Assembly: GCA_047495785.1 (NCBI GenBank)
Contig: JBLDXI010000046.1
Location: 930,001 to 994,000 of the forward strand
Origin: Lepidodermella squamata
Taxonomy: Eukaryota > Animalia > Gastrotricha
Length of the DNA stretch: 64,000 bases
Reading direction: 5' to 3'
Each line of letters opens with the position of its first letter. Position 1 is the first letter of the stretch. A program made the position numbers and the translations under genes. Of the stretch, positions 48,005 through 60,241 are shown piece after piece. A model generated the notes under the pieces. That model did no database searches. It was not told the DNA's origin and saw only the letters and a list, made by a program, of their open reading frames with translations.

Positions 48005-49914
48005 TTATACAATATTGTCGGGCTTACGGACAGCAGTAATCAGTAAAGTTACAGTAGGATAGATGAGTAGAACAGAACACATGAAAGATTGTAGAACCAC
48101 AAGTTGGTTTCCAATCATTGCCGTAACAGCAATCGAAGCGATGAAAAGCGTGAAAGCGGCGGCATTAGCAAATTTCCTTCTCTTAATCGCTTTAGGCAGC
48201 TTCATCTCTCGAAGCTTAAAAGAAAAAAACGTTCCAATAATTAAAGGAATAGCATTCAATACTATTAGGATAGCTTGGACAATTGATCCGAGACCGTTAG
48301 AAGTTGCGAGTTGGCAGGTCAATGCTTTGTTTTCGATCCATGAATCAGATTCATCGTCATATTGAGACGAGAGCAAAACTTCATTCACTATGGGCCCATC
48401 ACCGATTAGCCAGCCGATTACTCCGACAATGTTGATAAATGTGAAGATCGCTACTCTGATGGCTCTGATGATGAGCTCACAACTTCAACTGTAATGAAAC
48501 CGGACAACAAAAAGTCTGCGTAAATTGTTGATTTGCGGGCTCTGTCAGCTGGAAAATCAGGTAAGCCTTTCAGCTCGTTAATTTTGAACGTAGCATTCAT
48601 GTCATCGGCGCAGTTCAGAACGCAAATCATTCGATATCGAACTTCAATTGATTGCTTTTCTTCCGACCAAGTTCCAAGCAACTGGGGCTCGTTATCCCAC
48701 TCCATCCGTTTAGAGTACCGAAGTTCGCCGAATCTCAAGTCCCTAACTTCAGCATGAAAACTTTGCTTAGCAATCTCGACAATTCGTTGAGGGTCTGTGG
48801 CATAGTCTTCAAAAGTCAAATTTTGCGACTTCAAAAGCTGATCAGTTACATTGAGGCGAACTACCGTGTGGAAGGCTGAATCATAGCAGAGATGTCGAAA
48901 CTGGTAATCTCCAGCAGGCCTAGATCCGTTCGTGTAAGCCTCTACTTCAACCTCAAATCGCTGCAGCGTCTTTCCAAGTGAATCCACACTCCCAGCCGGG
49001 GGCGGTAGCCAGATATCAGTCGGAGCTCCGACGTAGATCGTATATTTCATTTGCTCTAGCAAAACTTGCCTCGTGCAGTTCGACCACGGCATCGGTGGTA
49101 GAATGGGTGGGAAATATTGCGAGACCATCTGCAGGATAAATCGATATTTCGGCCCACAGATGCCATGTTTGTAAGCCATGCAAAGGAAACGTAAGGCAAC
49201 CCAACCTTCGTTCGACTCGACGTTGAAAATTCGAATGTCACGCTTTTTCAACTGCGCCATGAAATCATCGTTGAAATCTAGGTTAGCTTCGAAGGCCGTT
49301 ATTTCGAAGCCATGATAACTGGCGGCTTTCAAAAGAAAGCTGCCAGTTTCGATGTTGTACGAATTGGATGATAAATGCATGATGATAGCCATTTTCTTCA
49401 CGTGGCTAGCTTTTTGCTCAAGAAAAGCCAATCGACTCGTCATATAAGCCTGCGCTGGCCCACGAATTCTGTTTAGATTCGGAAATTTCGACCTTTTATC
49501 TATTAAACCAGGTGCATTGCAAGATAAACCAATGCAAACTAGGTTCAGGTGGTGAAGAACTGCCCCCGAAGCTCTACATCCGTGGCTTTGAAGTGGACCA
49601 CTTGTAATAGGTGAGAGAAGTGTTGAAGAATCAAAAGGCTGTCGGACGAAATCGAAAGTGCTTTTAACAGCTAGCATTCCAGCTATACCTTCATTGCTGA
49701 AATCATATGCTAACTAGTAGTCGGGTAAGATATCGCTTCGCCTGTTCACTTCGTCGAAGACCATCTGTTGTACAGAACGGCAAAACTGAAAGTTGAGGGG
49801 TTCAAACCCAGTGAAAGGATGCAGAGATAGAACAACGACAGTTTTAGTCTTGTTCAAAGCTTCGCAACTGATCACCAAAAAGACGAACAAGAAAATCATT
49901 CGAAACAAAGCCAT
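48005..49914 (-). pseudogene. Class C GPCR (GABA-B-receptor-like), intronless, disrupted
   Basis: Signal peptide; EVNRRSDILPDY, DIRIF, FLCMAYKHGICGPKYRFIL typical of the Venus-flytrap domain; in-frame TAG at 49714-49716; TM1 jumps out of frame to a TM4-like segment near 48470. Confidence 0.72.
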
Positions 49915-50262
49915 AACTTGGTTGATACTGATCCTTGCAGAGCAGCCAAACAACTAATGCCGCCCAGTAGGGGTAATTCAATTAATCTTCAATGATGGAA
50001 AGAGGAGCGCGACTAGCGTCAAAGCGCATTGCAACGTGATGATTAGCCGTCTTGCAACTACGACTTTTTTGATGAATAACAGCCTCCACGAAAATTGAGC
50101 TTTCACCTAGAAATTTCCCGAAATTTGTATCGAAAACAATTTTTTATTTCTTTAGAGAACTCTACCGTCTAGTAAATAGTACCGATCAAACCGAAGAGCC
50201 GGTGAGATTGCCTGTGCAATTTGCTATAAACGCCATTCACTTAAAAATACAACGGGCATGGA

Positions 50263-50404
50263 GGGACTACTCCAAAACAGCCAAGGAAAAACGAAAGAGA
50301 CCATAACAGCCAAAAAAATTCGATTGTTCTCGTTGCGCAACAATCGAAAAGTTTGGCTGTTATTGTGCCTTTTATTTTAGTTTCATTTGTTTTGGAGTAG
50401 TCCC
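50263..50404. mobile_element. Short MITE
   Basis: TIRs gggactactccaaaa / ttttggagtagtccc; imperfect 8-bp flanks ggcatgga / ggtatgta. Confidence 0.65.
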
Positions 50405-50461
50405 GGTATGTAAAAACTCAAGTATATCAAAATTCAAGAAAAGGGGCTATAATTTATCTGA

Positions 50462-50761
50462 CATAGTGGAACCTGTCATAAGTCCAATCCTGAAGAGCAT
50501 GCCTATTGGCCAATCGATCGTGGCTATGACTCCTGACAACAAGTGATTTTTGCCGCAATATTTTGCCACGATTGATATGGAGTTTACGCTCGTGGTCAAT
50601 GGAAATTTTGCAGAGGGTGTGGCAAGGTTATTTTTACATAAATACAAAATAATTTATTAGTGGATCAAGCGGCAGAAATGTTTCATCCCGGAGTCATAGC
50701 AACGAGGAATTGACCAATCAGCGCGCGCGCCAAAGTTCAACTTTTTAGTGGTTCCACGATG
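50462..50761. mobile_element. MITE, second copy of the 29444-29825 family
   Basis: catagtggaacc ... gttcaactttttagtggttccacgatg. Confidence 0.65.
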
Positions 50762-50923
50762 CTTCGAATCAAGTGAGAACATCAATTGATAATGTGAGAT
50801 TGCCTGTGCAATTTCATTTCCGATAAACATTCGCAAAAAACACAATATGAAAACTATCAAAATTCTATCAAGAATTCAAGAAAAGGGGCTATAATTCATC
50901 TGAGTCAATTGATATCGTTGGAT

Positions 50924-53507
50924 TCAAACGTAATCTTCGAAATCGGTCTGCGTAGCCGCTGAAGTCTTGTTTCGCATAGCGTCACGTCGGCGAATGGACG
51001 CCAATGTTGGTCCACCATATCGTCGGTCTGTCATTATTGCTTTATCGACCTGATTTTCCTCGCTTCGATGAATGTTGACCTGGGTAGGTCCGCCTAGATA
51101 ATCGACGTGAACCGCTAAATCGCTGCGATCTAAGCCTGAGCTGGTTAAACTCTTCACATCGGCTACTTCACCAGTTCCGACTAAGGGAACAAAAAACTAC
51201 TATTAGAAACTGGGAATAGAAGTGTCTTAAACAGCCTTACTTGTGAAATGAATGTCTCCGTAGAAACCAGGGGTCGATTCGCTCATAAGCCGGATGAGAG
51301 CAGCTTCCTGAGCTTCGACGGATATGTCCTCATACACAGCTTCCGATGACGCAACTTCGACCTGGAACATGCTAGAAAAGCCAGGTCGGGATTTCGCTAG
51401 GTCTTGCGAGCTGTCTAGTCCTTGCGGCATCTTGATTACCGAGATGCTCTGATGTAATCGCCGCAATTCACCGTGAGGGCCGATTGGAACCTCGGAGCAG
51501 TGCTGTTGAAACTCTGCAACAGCTTTTTCAACACTATCGACGAGCTTGAAATTGTCCAGCCCGATAACCTCCATCTCGTGGCGGACGTGTTCGGCTAAAT
51601 TGACGAAAATTATGTGCTTCTTGAGCTTGAACACGAGCTGCATCAACATTCGCCACGCCTGTATCCCAGTGAAGTCGACCCCGGTGACGAAACGACAGTC
51701 CAGAACGAAATGAAGGTCCGGGCTAGACAAAATACCAGTCATTCGATCGATGAATTTATCGACGGATGGGTACTTCATTCCGTGAGATAGCTGGATAATT
51801 GTCGCCCGGCCAACTTTCTCATCTCCAATCGGTAGTCCGGTTGAAAGGATGTCAATAGGCTCGTGGCTCACAGATAAGTGCATGGATACAATTGGTCTCA
51901 AAAATAGGACCATGTTGATAAGTATAGCAATAACTATTCCATAAGCAAGGTCGTAGAACAGGCAAAGCATGAACGTAAACAGGTATAGAAAGAAGTCTGG
52001 TTTGTACTCTCTCCAAATCTTCATAGCCTGCGGAATTCAAGTCAAATTTAGTAGATTATTCGATTCAAATCAAACTTACAGCATGGTAATCGAAAAGGTG
52101 ATGAGCTGCAGCGATTAAGATTGAGGCAAGGGCTGCTTTTGGTACAAAGTAGATAACTGGGGTGAAACAGCTAAGGGTGACAAGGACGATTACTATACTT
52201 ATCGCTGAACTCAGCAGCGATTTCACCCCGCATCGATCGTTCAATACAGTTTTCGCAGTCGCTGCAGCGCAAGGATAGCCCATTATGAAGCTTTGCAGGA
52301 AGTTTGATAAGCCGATAGATACTAATTCTTGGGTCGCGTCGATTCGGTAACCATTTTTACGGCCCATAGCTTTCAGAATAGCAAAAGTCTCCATTATTCC
52401 CATCAACGGGAGGATAATGATTCCTACCGATATTTTCTGCATGATTTCTTGTGTAGTCTCTAGAACAACTAATTCTTCGACCCATTCTCCAGCATGCGTG
52501 ACATTTTCATGCCATTCTCCAGCATGCGTGACGTTTTCGTGCCATTCTCCAGCGTGAGTTGTATTGACAGCCATTTCGAATGGCCTCCAAACCACGGTCC
52601 TGTTGTAGAGAACAAAATCGGGAGCTCTTGGGGTTGGAAAGCCGGGTTTTATGTACCCGACCATGCCAAGATGAGTTTCCGTCCAATGCGGGTCCTCGAT
52701 ATACATCGAATAAGCAATCGCAGTCGCTCCGATGAAAACGAAGCAATTTCTGGTCGAGATTACCAATCTCAAGACAGTCAAGCCAACTTGCTTAATTTTT
52801 TTGCCAATCGCACTTCGCGGTTCCGGGAGACGAGGCACAGCATAGGTTACAAAGAAATCATGTGCGTATTCAATCGTAAGAAGGATAACCAATGAAATGA
52901 CACCAAACTTGACGTCCATGACTTTGATTTGATCGCGATGGTCGTAGTAGTACTTCAGCTGTTTAACGAAAACACCAGGGCTGTCATTTGGGCCCTTCTT
53001 AAAGCCAAGGAAGCTTTTCAATTGAGAGGCGATAATGCTGAAGCACGCAGCTGATGTGAAGCCCGAGACAACAGGAATGCTGAAGAGATTGACGAGGAAG
53101 CCGAGTTTGAATACTCCGATTGCGATCATCAGCAGTCCGCTGATCAGCGATAGAATTGAGGCGTAAGTATTGTCTCCTTCACTACTCAACGGGTTCAAAA
53201 TGTTGAACTGCGCCAGTAGCATAGAACCGATGGCTGACGGGCCAATTACAGCATCTTTGCTCGAGCCGAGGAATATGTAGATAAAAGCTCCGAGAAAGCT
53301 ACTGTAAAGACCGAATTCGGGTCTCAAATAAGCCAGTTGGGCATATGCGAGCGAAATAGGAAGTAAAGTAAAGCCGACAGTGAAACCCGCTATTATGTCG
53401 TAGGGAATGTTCGAAAGTTGGTAGTTGGGCAGCCATTTGACAATAGGAAATGCATCTCTTAGCCAGGCTCGTGGGTCTGTCTTGATTTGTATTATAAATT
53501 TCCGCAT
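50924..53507 (-). CDS. SLC26: SLC26/SulP anion transporter with STAS domain, copy A (SLC26A11-like; exons 53507-52080, 52027-51241, 51180-50924)
   Basis: FPIVKWLPNY, DIIAGFTVG, PEFGLYSSF, GSSKD, PVVSGFTSAA, IDATQEL, VLDCRFVTGVDFTG; phases consistent. Confidence 0.93.
52481..52560 (-). repeat. Coding 30-bp tandem repeat (THAGEWHENV)
   Basis: ccattctccagc(a/g)tg recurs at 30-nt spacing three times. Confidence 0.9.
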
Positions 53508-53859
53508 TGTTCAAAAAATAGGCAATATTAACCTTGTTTATTCAGACACTGCCCTTTTAATAATGAGGCTTTTTGATTGACGCAATCCTCATTTAACGTG
53601 CTTGTTGCATTGGTTCAATCAGTCTGATGTTGCGAGCACGACTAAAACATCAAGTGCAACTAAAAAAGAGTAAGCTATGTTTTATTCTTCGAGGAGCAGA
53701 AAAAAGTTGCCCGAAGAGAGCATAAAAGAATAGAAAAATGCTAATGCTAATAATATCAAACTAATTTAAAAAACTGATAAGAAACATCTTATCAAAAAAC
53801 TGAGAAAAATGTATAATAGATGCTGTTTCTATCTACTTGAGTAATTATTCCCAATCATC

Positions 53860-56484
53860 TCAATCAGTTTGCGTGGCAATGGATTTCGCGTTGCTATCGG
53901 GATCGGCAAAAGTAGTGCTGTAGCCTGTATTTCTTCTTCGCCTAAGCGAAGCGTTTGACATTCGGTCGATCACAATGCCATCGACTCGAGAATCGACTCG
54001 ACTGAAGCCGCGATGGAGGTTGAATTCAGCCGCACCTCCCGGGAAGCCGGTGTGCACAGCAATCTCGTCATCCTCCATCTCAATATTCGCATCCCCGGGT
54101 TCCTCGCCAGTTCCGACTAAGAAATGTATTCACGTATTATAAAGGATTGCTAAAAAAATAGCTTACGTGTAAGAGGCACGTCTCCCCAGAAGTAGCCAGG
54201 AGTCGAGTCTTCAATAAGCTTGGCAAGAGCAGCTTCTTGCGCGGCCTTCGACGCCTCGTCGCCCTCCTTTTCATCAATCGTAAGCACTTTGTGGTTGTGG
54301 TGATCGACATTGATGTGATGTTTGGATTCAACGTGGCTCTGCATTCTCGAAATTGTTGGAGAGGATCTCACGACCGAAATACTATGGCGAAGCCGTTTCA
54401 ATCGATCACTGCTACTGTCCGTTAAGTAACTATTGCCGAACTCGACTACAGCACTCTCGATGCTGTTAAGAGGCTTGAAGTTGTCCAGACCAATCGTCTC
54501 CATCTGGTGTCGCACAGAGTCGGCCAAGTTCACGAATATGATGTGCTTCTTATGCCTGATGACCAGGGCCATCAGCAATCGCCAGGCTTGAATTCCGGTG
54601 AAATCAATCCCTGTTACGAACCTGCAATCCAGGACGTAATGGATATCCGGTGTTGATAGCAGTGCAGTCATGCGGTCGATGAATTTGTCAACAGATGGAT
54701 ATTTCATACCATGAGATAACTGGATGATAGTGACGCGACCATGCTTCTCATCGCCTACCACATGCCCATGGCTAACGATGTGAAGCGGTTCGTGGGAGAC
54801 CGAAAGGTGCATGCTCACAATTGGCCGCAGGAATGTAACCATGTTGATGAGAATGGCGATGACGATGCCGTAGGCTAGGTCATAAAACAGGCACAGCAGG
54901 AACGTAAGCATGTACAAAAAGAAATCGGGCTTGTATTCCTTCCAAATTTTGATTGCCTGTGAAAAAAACAGGATTTTTAAAAGTCGAGCCAAAATTCTAG
55001 AAATGAGAAAAATCCATCCTAAAAATGAAAAATTCTGAAATATTAATTACTACTTGAAAATTACAGTTTTTAATCTCGGATATTTCAATTTTAATTTATT
55101 TGCGTAAATTTGAAAAATTTCTTACCGCTCGATAGTCGAAGAGATGGTGAGCTGCAGCGATTAGAATAGCAGCTAGCGCAGATTTTGGCACGAAATAGAA
55201 AATCTGAGTGAGAGAACCGATGGAAACCAGAATGATCACAATGCTTAAAATGCTGCTCAACAAAGATTTAACACCACATCGCTCGTTGAGAACCGTTTTA
55301 GCGGTGGCCGCACCGCAGGGATAGCCCATGTAGAAGCTCTGTAGGAAATTTGTCAATCCAATAGAGATCAGCTCCTGAGTAGCGTCGATTCTATAGCCAT
55401 TTTTGCGACCCATCGCTTTGAGAATGGCGAAAGTCTCCATGATACACATTAGTGGGACAATGATGATACCGACCGCAATTTTGGTCATTATGACCTGAGT
55501 AGTTTCAAGCAGGATCTCTTGCTCGACCCATGATCCGTTGGTTCGATTGGTCGGGTCGGGCACGAATACTTGCGTTTTGTTCCATAATTCGAATCTTGGA
55601 GCCGTTGGAACTGGAAATCCGGGCCTTATGTAGCCAACCATGCTGATGTGCTTCTCAGCCCAGACTTTATCCTCCTTAAACATGGCATAAGCGTAACCTG
55701 TCGTTCCCAGGAAGACGAATACGTTCCTGCCAGAAATGAAGAGCTTCAAGACAACCAGAGCAACTTCGCGAGCTTTCTGTGCCTTTTCCGATACCGGCTT
55801 TTTAATTCTCGGTAAAATGTAATCGCAGAAAATTTGATATCCATACTCCATGACTAGAAGAACCGCAAGAGATATAATTCCGATGTAAACATCGTGGAGT
55901 CGAATTTCTTCTGGATGGTCGGCGTAATTTTTCAATTGCTTCACGAACACCCCAGGGCTATCATTTGGATTCTTCTTGATGCCGAGGATGCTTTTCAGCT
56001 GAGAGGCAATAATCGTGAAACACGCTGCAGATGTGAAGCCCGAAACAACGGGAATGCTGAATAGGTTGACGATAAAGCCAAGTTTGAAAAAGCCGATGAA
56101 GAGCATGAGGAGACCACTTATCAACGCGAGGATTGATGCATAAGTGTTATCGCCCTGGGGACTCAACGGGCTTAGGACGTTGAACCCGGCCAATATCGTT
56201 GATCCAATCGCCGACGGTCCGATGACAGCATCCTTACTCGATCCCATGAACAAGTACAGAAAAGTGCCGATGAAACTGCTGTAAAGGCCAAATTCTGGCC
56301 TCAAGTAAGCAAGCTGGGCATAGGCCAGGGATATAGGAAGCAGGGTCAGGCCGACCGTTAACCCAGAGATGATATCATAGGGTATGTTCGCCAGCTCATA
56401 TTTAGGCAGCCATATCGCGATAGGAAACACTGATTTTAACCATGCCACTGGGTCTCTTCTTATTTGCGCAATAAATTTGAACAT
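53860..56484 (-). CDS. SLC26: SLC26/SulP anion transporter, copy B (exons 56484-55126, 54956-54167, 54116-53860)
   Basis: Same motifs and intron positions as copy A. Confidence 0.93.
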
Positions 56485-57048
56485 TTTATTTAACAAGCTA
56501 AATACGAAACTGGGGAGAGCACGCTGTGTTGACGTTATGGCTTTATATTTTTTTGCCGAGGTGTTCAGCTATAAACGCGCAGACAATGGCACGTTGGAGA
56601 GTGCGAGCGGCGTAATTATCACCAAAAGAACACGCTTTTTTGTTTTCTTTTTGACTGCTGCTTGCACTTTGATTCCAACCTGCGTCACAGGTAAAACTGG
56701 CGCAAAGCCCAGCAATCGGCAGTGGAATTTCATCATGAGGACGGCCGCGTCACGAAATTATGAGTGTAGGTTACATGTACACATGAGCCGCATTTACAAA
56801 GTTATTTATACATCAAACTTGAGTGCCAGACTTAAATAGGTCGAATGACCTGTTAACCTAGAATCTCAAGACAAAAAGCTTGAATCCTCTTCAACTCTTC
56901 GATTTCAAGGGTTTTAGGTTATTAGGTTTCAAGTCGAATACCTCTATTAGCTCGAAAGGTTTTATTTCAGATAAAACAGCAATGGAATGTAGGAGATGCA
57001 ATTAAGCAACATGCGAAAGGAATTGTCATAGAATTTTCTGGAATTTTC

Positions 57049-58726
57049 TTACGTGGATGAAGCTGATTGGGAGGCATCTGGACGTGGCTCAGTTTCCCCG
57101 GCGAAAAGCTGTCGTTTGGCATCGATGAAGCATTGGGCAAGATAGTGATGACCGCCGTCAATGGCCCAGCGAATCGCACGCTCCGCCTCCAGTCGTTGGC
57201 TGAAAATCGGCTTGCATCCTTTGCTGATCAAATACAGAGACTGGTCCACCTTCTCGGCTTCGTTTTCACATTCCCTAAACATTGTGTTGTACGCAGTTTC
57301 TCCGGCCTGGTTTTCATAATTCACATCGACGTGTTTTTCGTCGATCAGAAATTCAACAACGCGTTGTTGCCAGGGCGACATGGCGTAAATCAACGGCGTC
57401 CAGCCAATTCCATCAACAGCCTCAGCCATTTTCGGGTCACGATCCACGAGAAATTTGATGATGTCAAAGCGGCGGTCATAAAAAGCGACGTGGATTGCAA
57501 GAACCCGGTAGCCGGCAGAGTTCACGCTTGGAATAACCGAGTAAATGTCAGCGTTTTGCTCTTCCACCAAGTATCGCACGATATCAATGTGACCTAGAAG
57601 AACAGCGTGATGCAAGGGAGTCCCGTGGATTCTGTGAGATCTTCTGTATTGAGAGGTCATGAAACTTTTGCAATCAGCTGGCAATTTCGGGTGGTTGTAG
57701 ATTGCTTTCACTTCTTCGACGTCTCCTCGATCGATAGCTTCGTAGAACCTTATCTTCTCGCTTGGATTCTAGAAAAGTACCGATGATTAAAATCAGCGAC
57801 AAAGAGGGATGGAAAAATTACGTAATTCGGGACTACAATTGGCTTTGAAGTAAAGCCGATAAAAGTCTCGTCGGTCTCCCTTGGGTCTACTTGATATTCG
57901 ACGCCAGGTAGAAATGCTTGCTCCAATCGCCAGAGCTGAAAAGGGATCATTTAGCTTGTAAAATTACGGAAAATCAATTGATACCCGTAAGTCTTCCGCT
58001 GTTACTTCGAGGAACAAATCAACCAGTCGCTCGGCATCCAGCTGCAGGAAAGAAACCTCGTCGTACAGCGCTGAAATTTCGTGATCTCGACTCCAGCGAT
58101 GGCCGAATGACTCATTTATCGTTTCAGTTGGCCGAGCCAATGCCATTTTCAGCCTATCATAGCGCTCTGAGAGCTAAAATTTACATTCATAATTTGTTCA
58201 TGAATGAGCAATCTAGCTGGCCTACCCGGTGAGCAAACCATCCGATTTCCAGTCGAATCGATTCCAGATGAGTCGTGAAGCAATCTTGGCACATCCTTGT
58301 CTCGCAATGCCGACATAGCAGCGGATTTTCGATCATGCAAAAATGTTTACAGCCATGATCGTAGCTGTAGCGCTGTCGGTCTCGTTCCCAAGTTTCTAGG
58401 AACAAGTTTTTCGTTCGGAGATCAAGAGTCGGTCTACGGCTTAGCTGTTGTTGTAGGCCGCAAATCGGGCATTTCAGCGAGCATCGCCTGGTTCGATCGT
58501 CGCGCTTCAAGCCTTGACGCAGGCAGAAAAGACACATTTGATGACCGCAGACTGGCATAATTTGCGGCTCGATAATGATATCGTTACATACAGGGCATTC
58601 GAGGAGCTAAAACCGAAATAGGCACAAACATAGAATGAAAGATTATCGACAACTATAACTTACACGAAATTGTTCCTCATCTTCGTCATCTGAGATTATC
58701 GGGTATGAATAACGATAGTCCTCCAT
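57049..58726 (-). CDS. TRIM-like RING/B-box/coiled-coil protein with C-terminal ankyrin repeats (5 exons)
   Basis: Spliced RING CPVC...CGHQMCLFC...CPIC; B-box-like CKH...LLCRHCETRMCQDCFTTH; helical linker; ankyrins GTPLHHAVLLGHIDIVRYLV, GWTPLIYA, GETA. Four short phase-0 introns (e.g. 58607-58663, 58174-58225) keep frame. Confidence 0.8.
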
Positions 58727-58772
58727 TCTACAAGCTACAAATTACTGTTTAATGTTTGAAATTCGAACGATA

Positions 58773-58900
58773 ATTATAATATATTGCCTTAGTTGTAATT
58801 TTAGTCAGCGGGCGGATTTTTGGTCGGAGGCCGCCAGGCCGGAGACCAAAATCCGCCAGCTGACTAAAATTGCAAATAAGGCAATATACTTATTATCACC
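58773..58900. repeat. Long hairpin palindrome, probably the end of a repeat element extending to ~59890
   Basis: tatattgccttagttgtaattttagtcagc...ggatttttggtc / gaccaaaatccgccagctgactaaaattgcaaataaggcaatata; ttattatcaccc pairs with gggtgataataa at ~59880-59890. Confidence 0.7.
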
Positions 58901-60241
58901 CATCTGCGACTTGTCCTAGTAGTAATCCGCGTCACGACGGAAAAGAGACTGATTTTTTTTCCTTTGGACTAAGACACGTGGACTTCGTAAACATTAGTAG
59001 GGCTTCATTTTTCCGAATTTTGATTCGAAAGCTACTAGCATGTTTTAAGCTGAAATTTGGAGGTTTGAATAGATTCTTTTTAACCGAAGGTGGCAAGAAC
59101 GGCTCAAGTTCAGGTATTTTCAGTAATTATTGAGGTTTCAGGTGATGTAGATTGTCAGACCTAGCTCTACATTATCTACTGTAAATACAATTCCGTTTTT
59201 TGTTTAAATACAGTTTTAGGCGATAAATTTCAGTTGCCATCAAGCTGCTCCTAAAATTTATAGAGGGATCTAACCCTATTACTCTTTCCGGCCTGCAATT
59301 CGATATTCATGGCATTGCTATTGATTTCAAATTAAAGCACCAGCTGATCGAAAATTGGCAATTGGCAAATCCAAAAATTTTGATCACTGATAACAACGTT
59401 GAACAAATTAATCTAAAATGAATGAGAACGGTATCTTTTCCTCAAACCTGTTCTAATCTCTTGAATTCTGGAATTATTCTGAATCTCTGCGTAGAAAACG
59501 GGGTGAATTGTATAAGTCAAATTGGAACGAATTTTTGTCTTGATTCAATATTGAGCTCTATATTCTATTAGCCAAGCCATTTTAGTTAATTTTTTGCTAT
59601 TTTCAACGTGGCCTTTTACCTTTACCTAAGCCAGGAATTTGTTGTATTTTCGCCATTTTCGCCATTTTTTCCTTAACCTATTTTTGTGTCTTGTCTTTTT
59701 TTGGGTTGTCTTAATTTTTGCTCTGCCATCTGACGGCTACTGAGTTGACCTTCGTTCGAGTTAAGACAAATCAGACCGGCGGCTCGCTCATAAAATCCGC
59801 CGGTCTGATTTTAATCCGAACAATGGTCAACACAGTGGCCGACTGATTTTAGGACCAAGGCAAAAATATTTTCAGAGGGGTGATAATAATGTAAGATTTG
59901 AAACAGCAACGTGCGACATCTGCGGAGCTTCTGTGTGCAATTTGTCAAATAACGGCACCATTCGTTTTCTAATGTGGCCACAAGAAAGATTTGAACGCGT
60001 CAAATAAGCGTCAATTGGTACTTCTGCAGATGACTTTGTCACGTTTTATCAATTCAACATCGAAAAACTTGAAAATCTTGATCGATTTTCGATTTTGTGA
60101 TTATGGGTGTGGGTCAGACTGAATCAATAATGAAACAAAACTCATATGCCATATCAGCTTTATTATTCAAAATCCCAAGAACGCAAATTCCAAGTCAGCA
60201 GTCATTGAACTAATGTAAACTCGTTGATACTGACTTGACTT

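Noticed and set aside
49714-49716. Stop-codon readthrough or recoded TAG/TGA (also 26474-26476)
   Set aside because: The same genes have other lesions, and intact genes here use TAA, TAG and TGA as normal stops.
42615-57597. Longer antisense ORFs (42615-43127, 46809-47252, 52494-52895, 57067-57597)
   Set aside because: Shadows of real coding exons on the opposite strand, no motifs.
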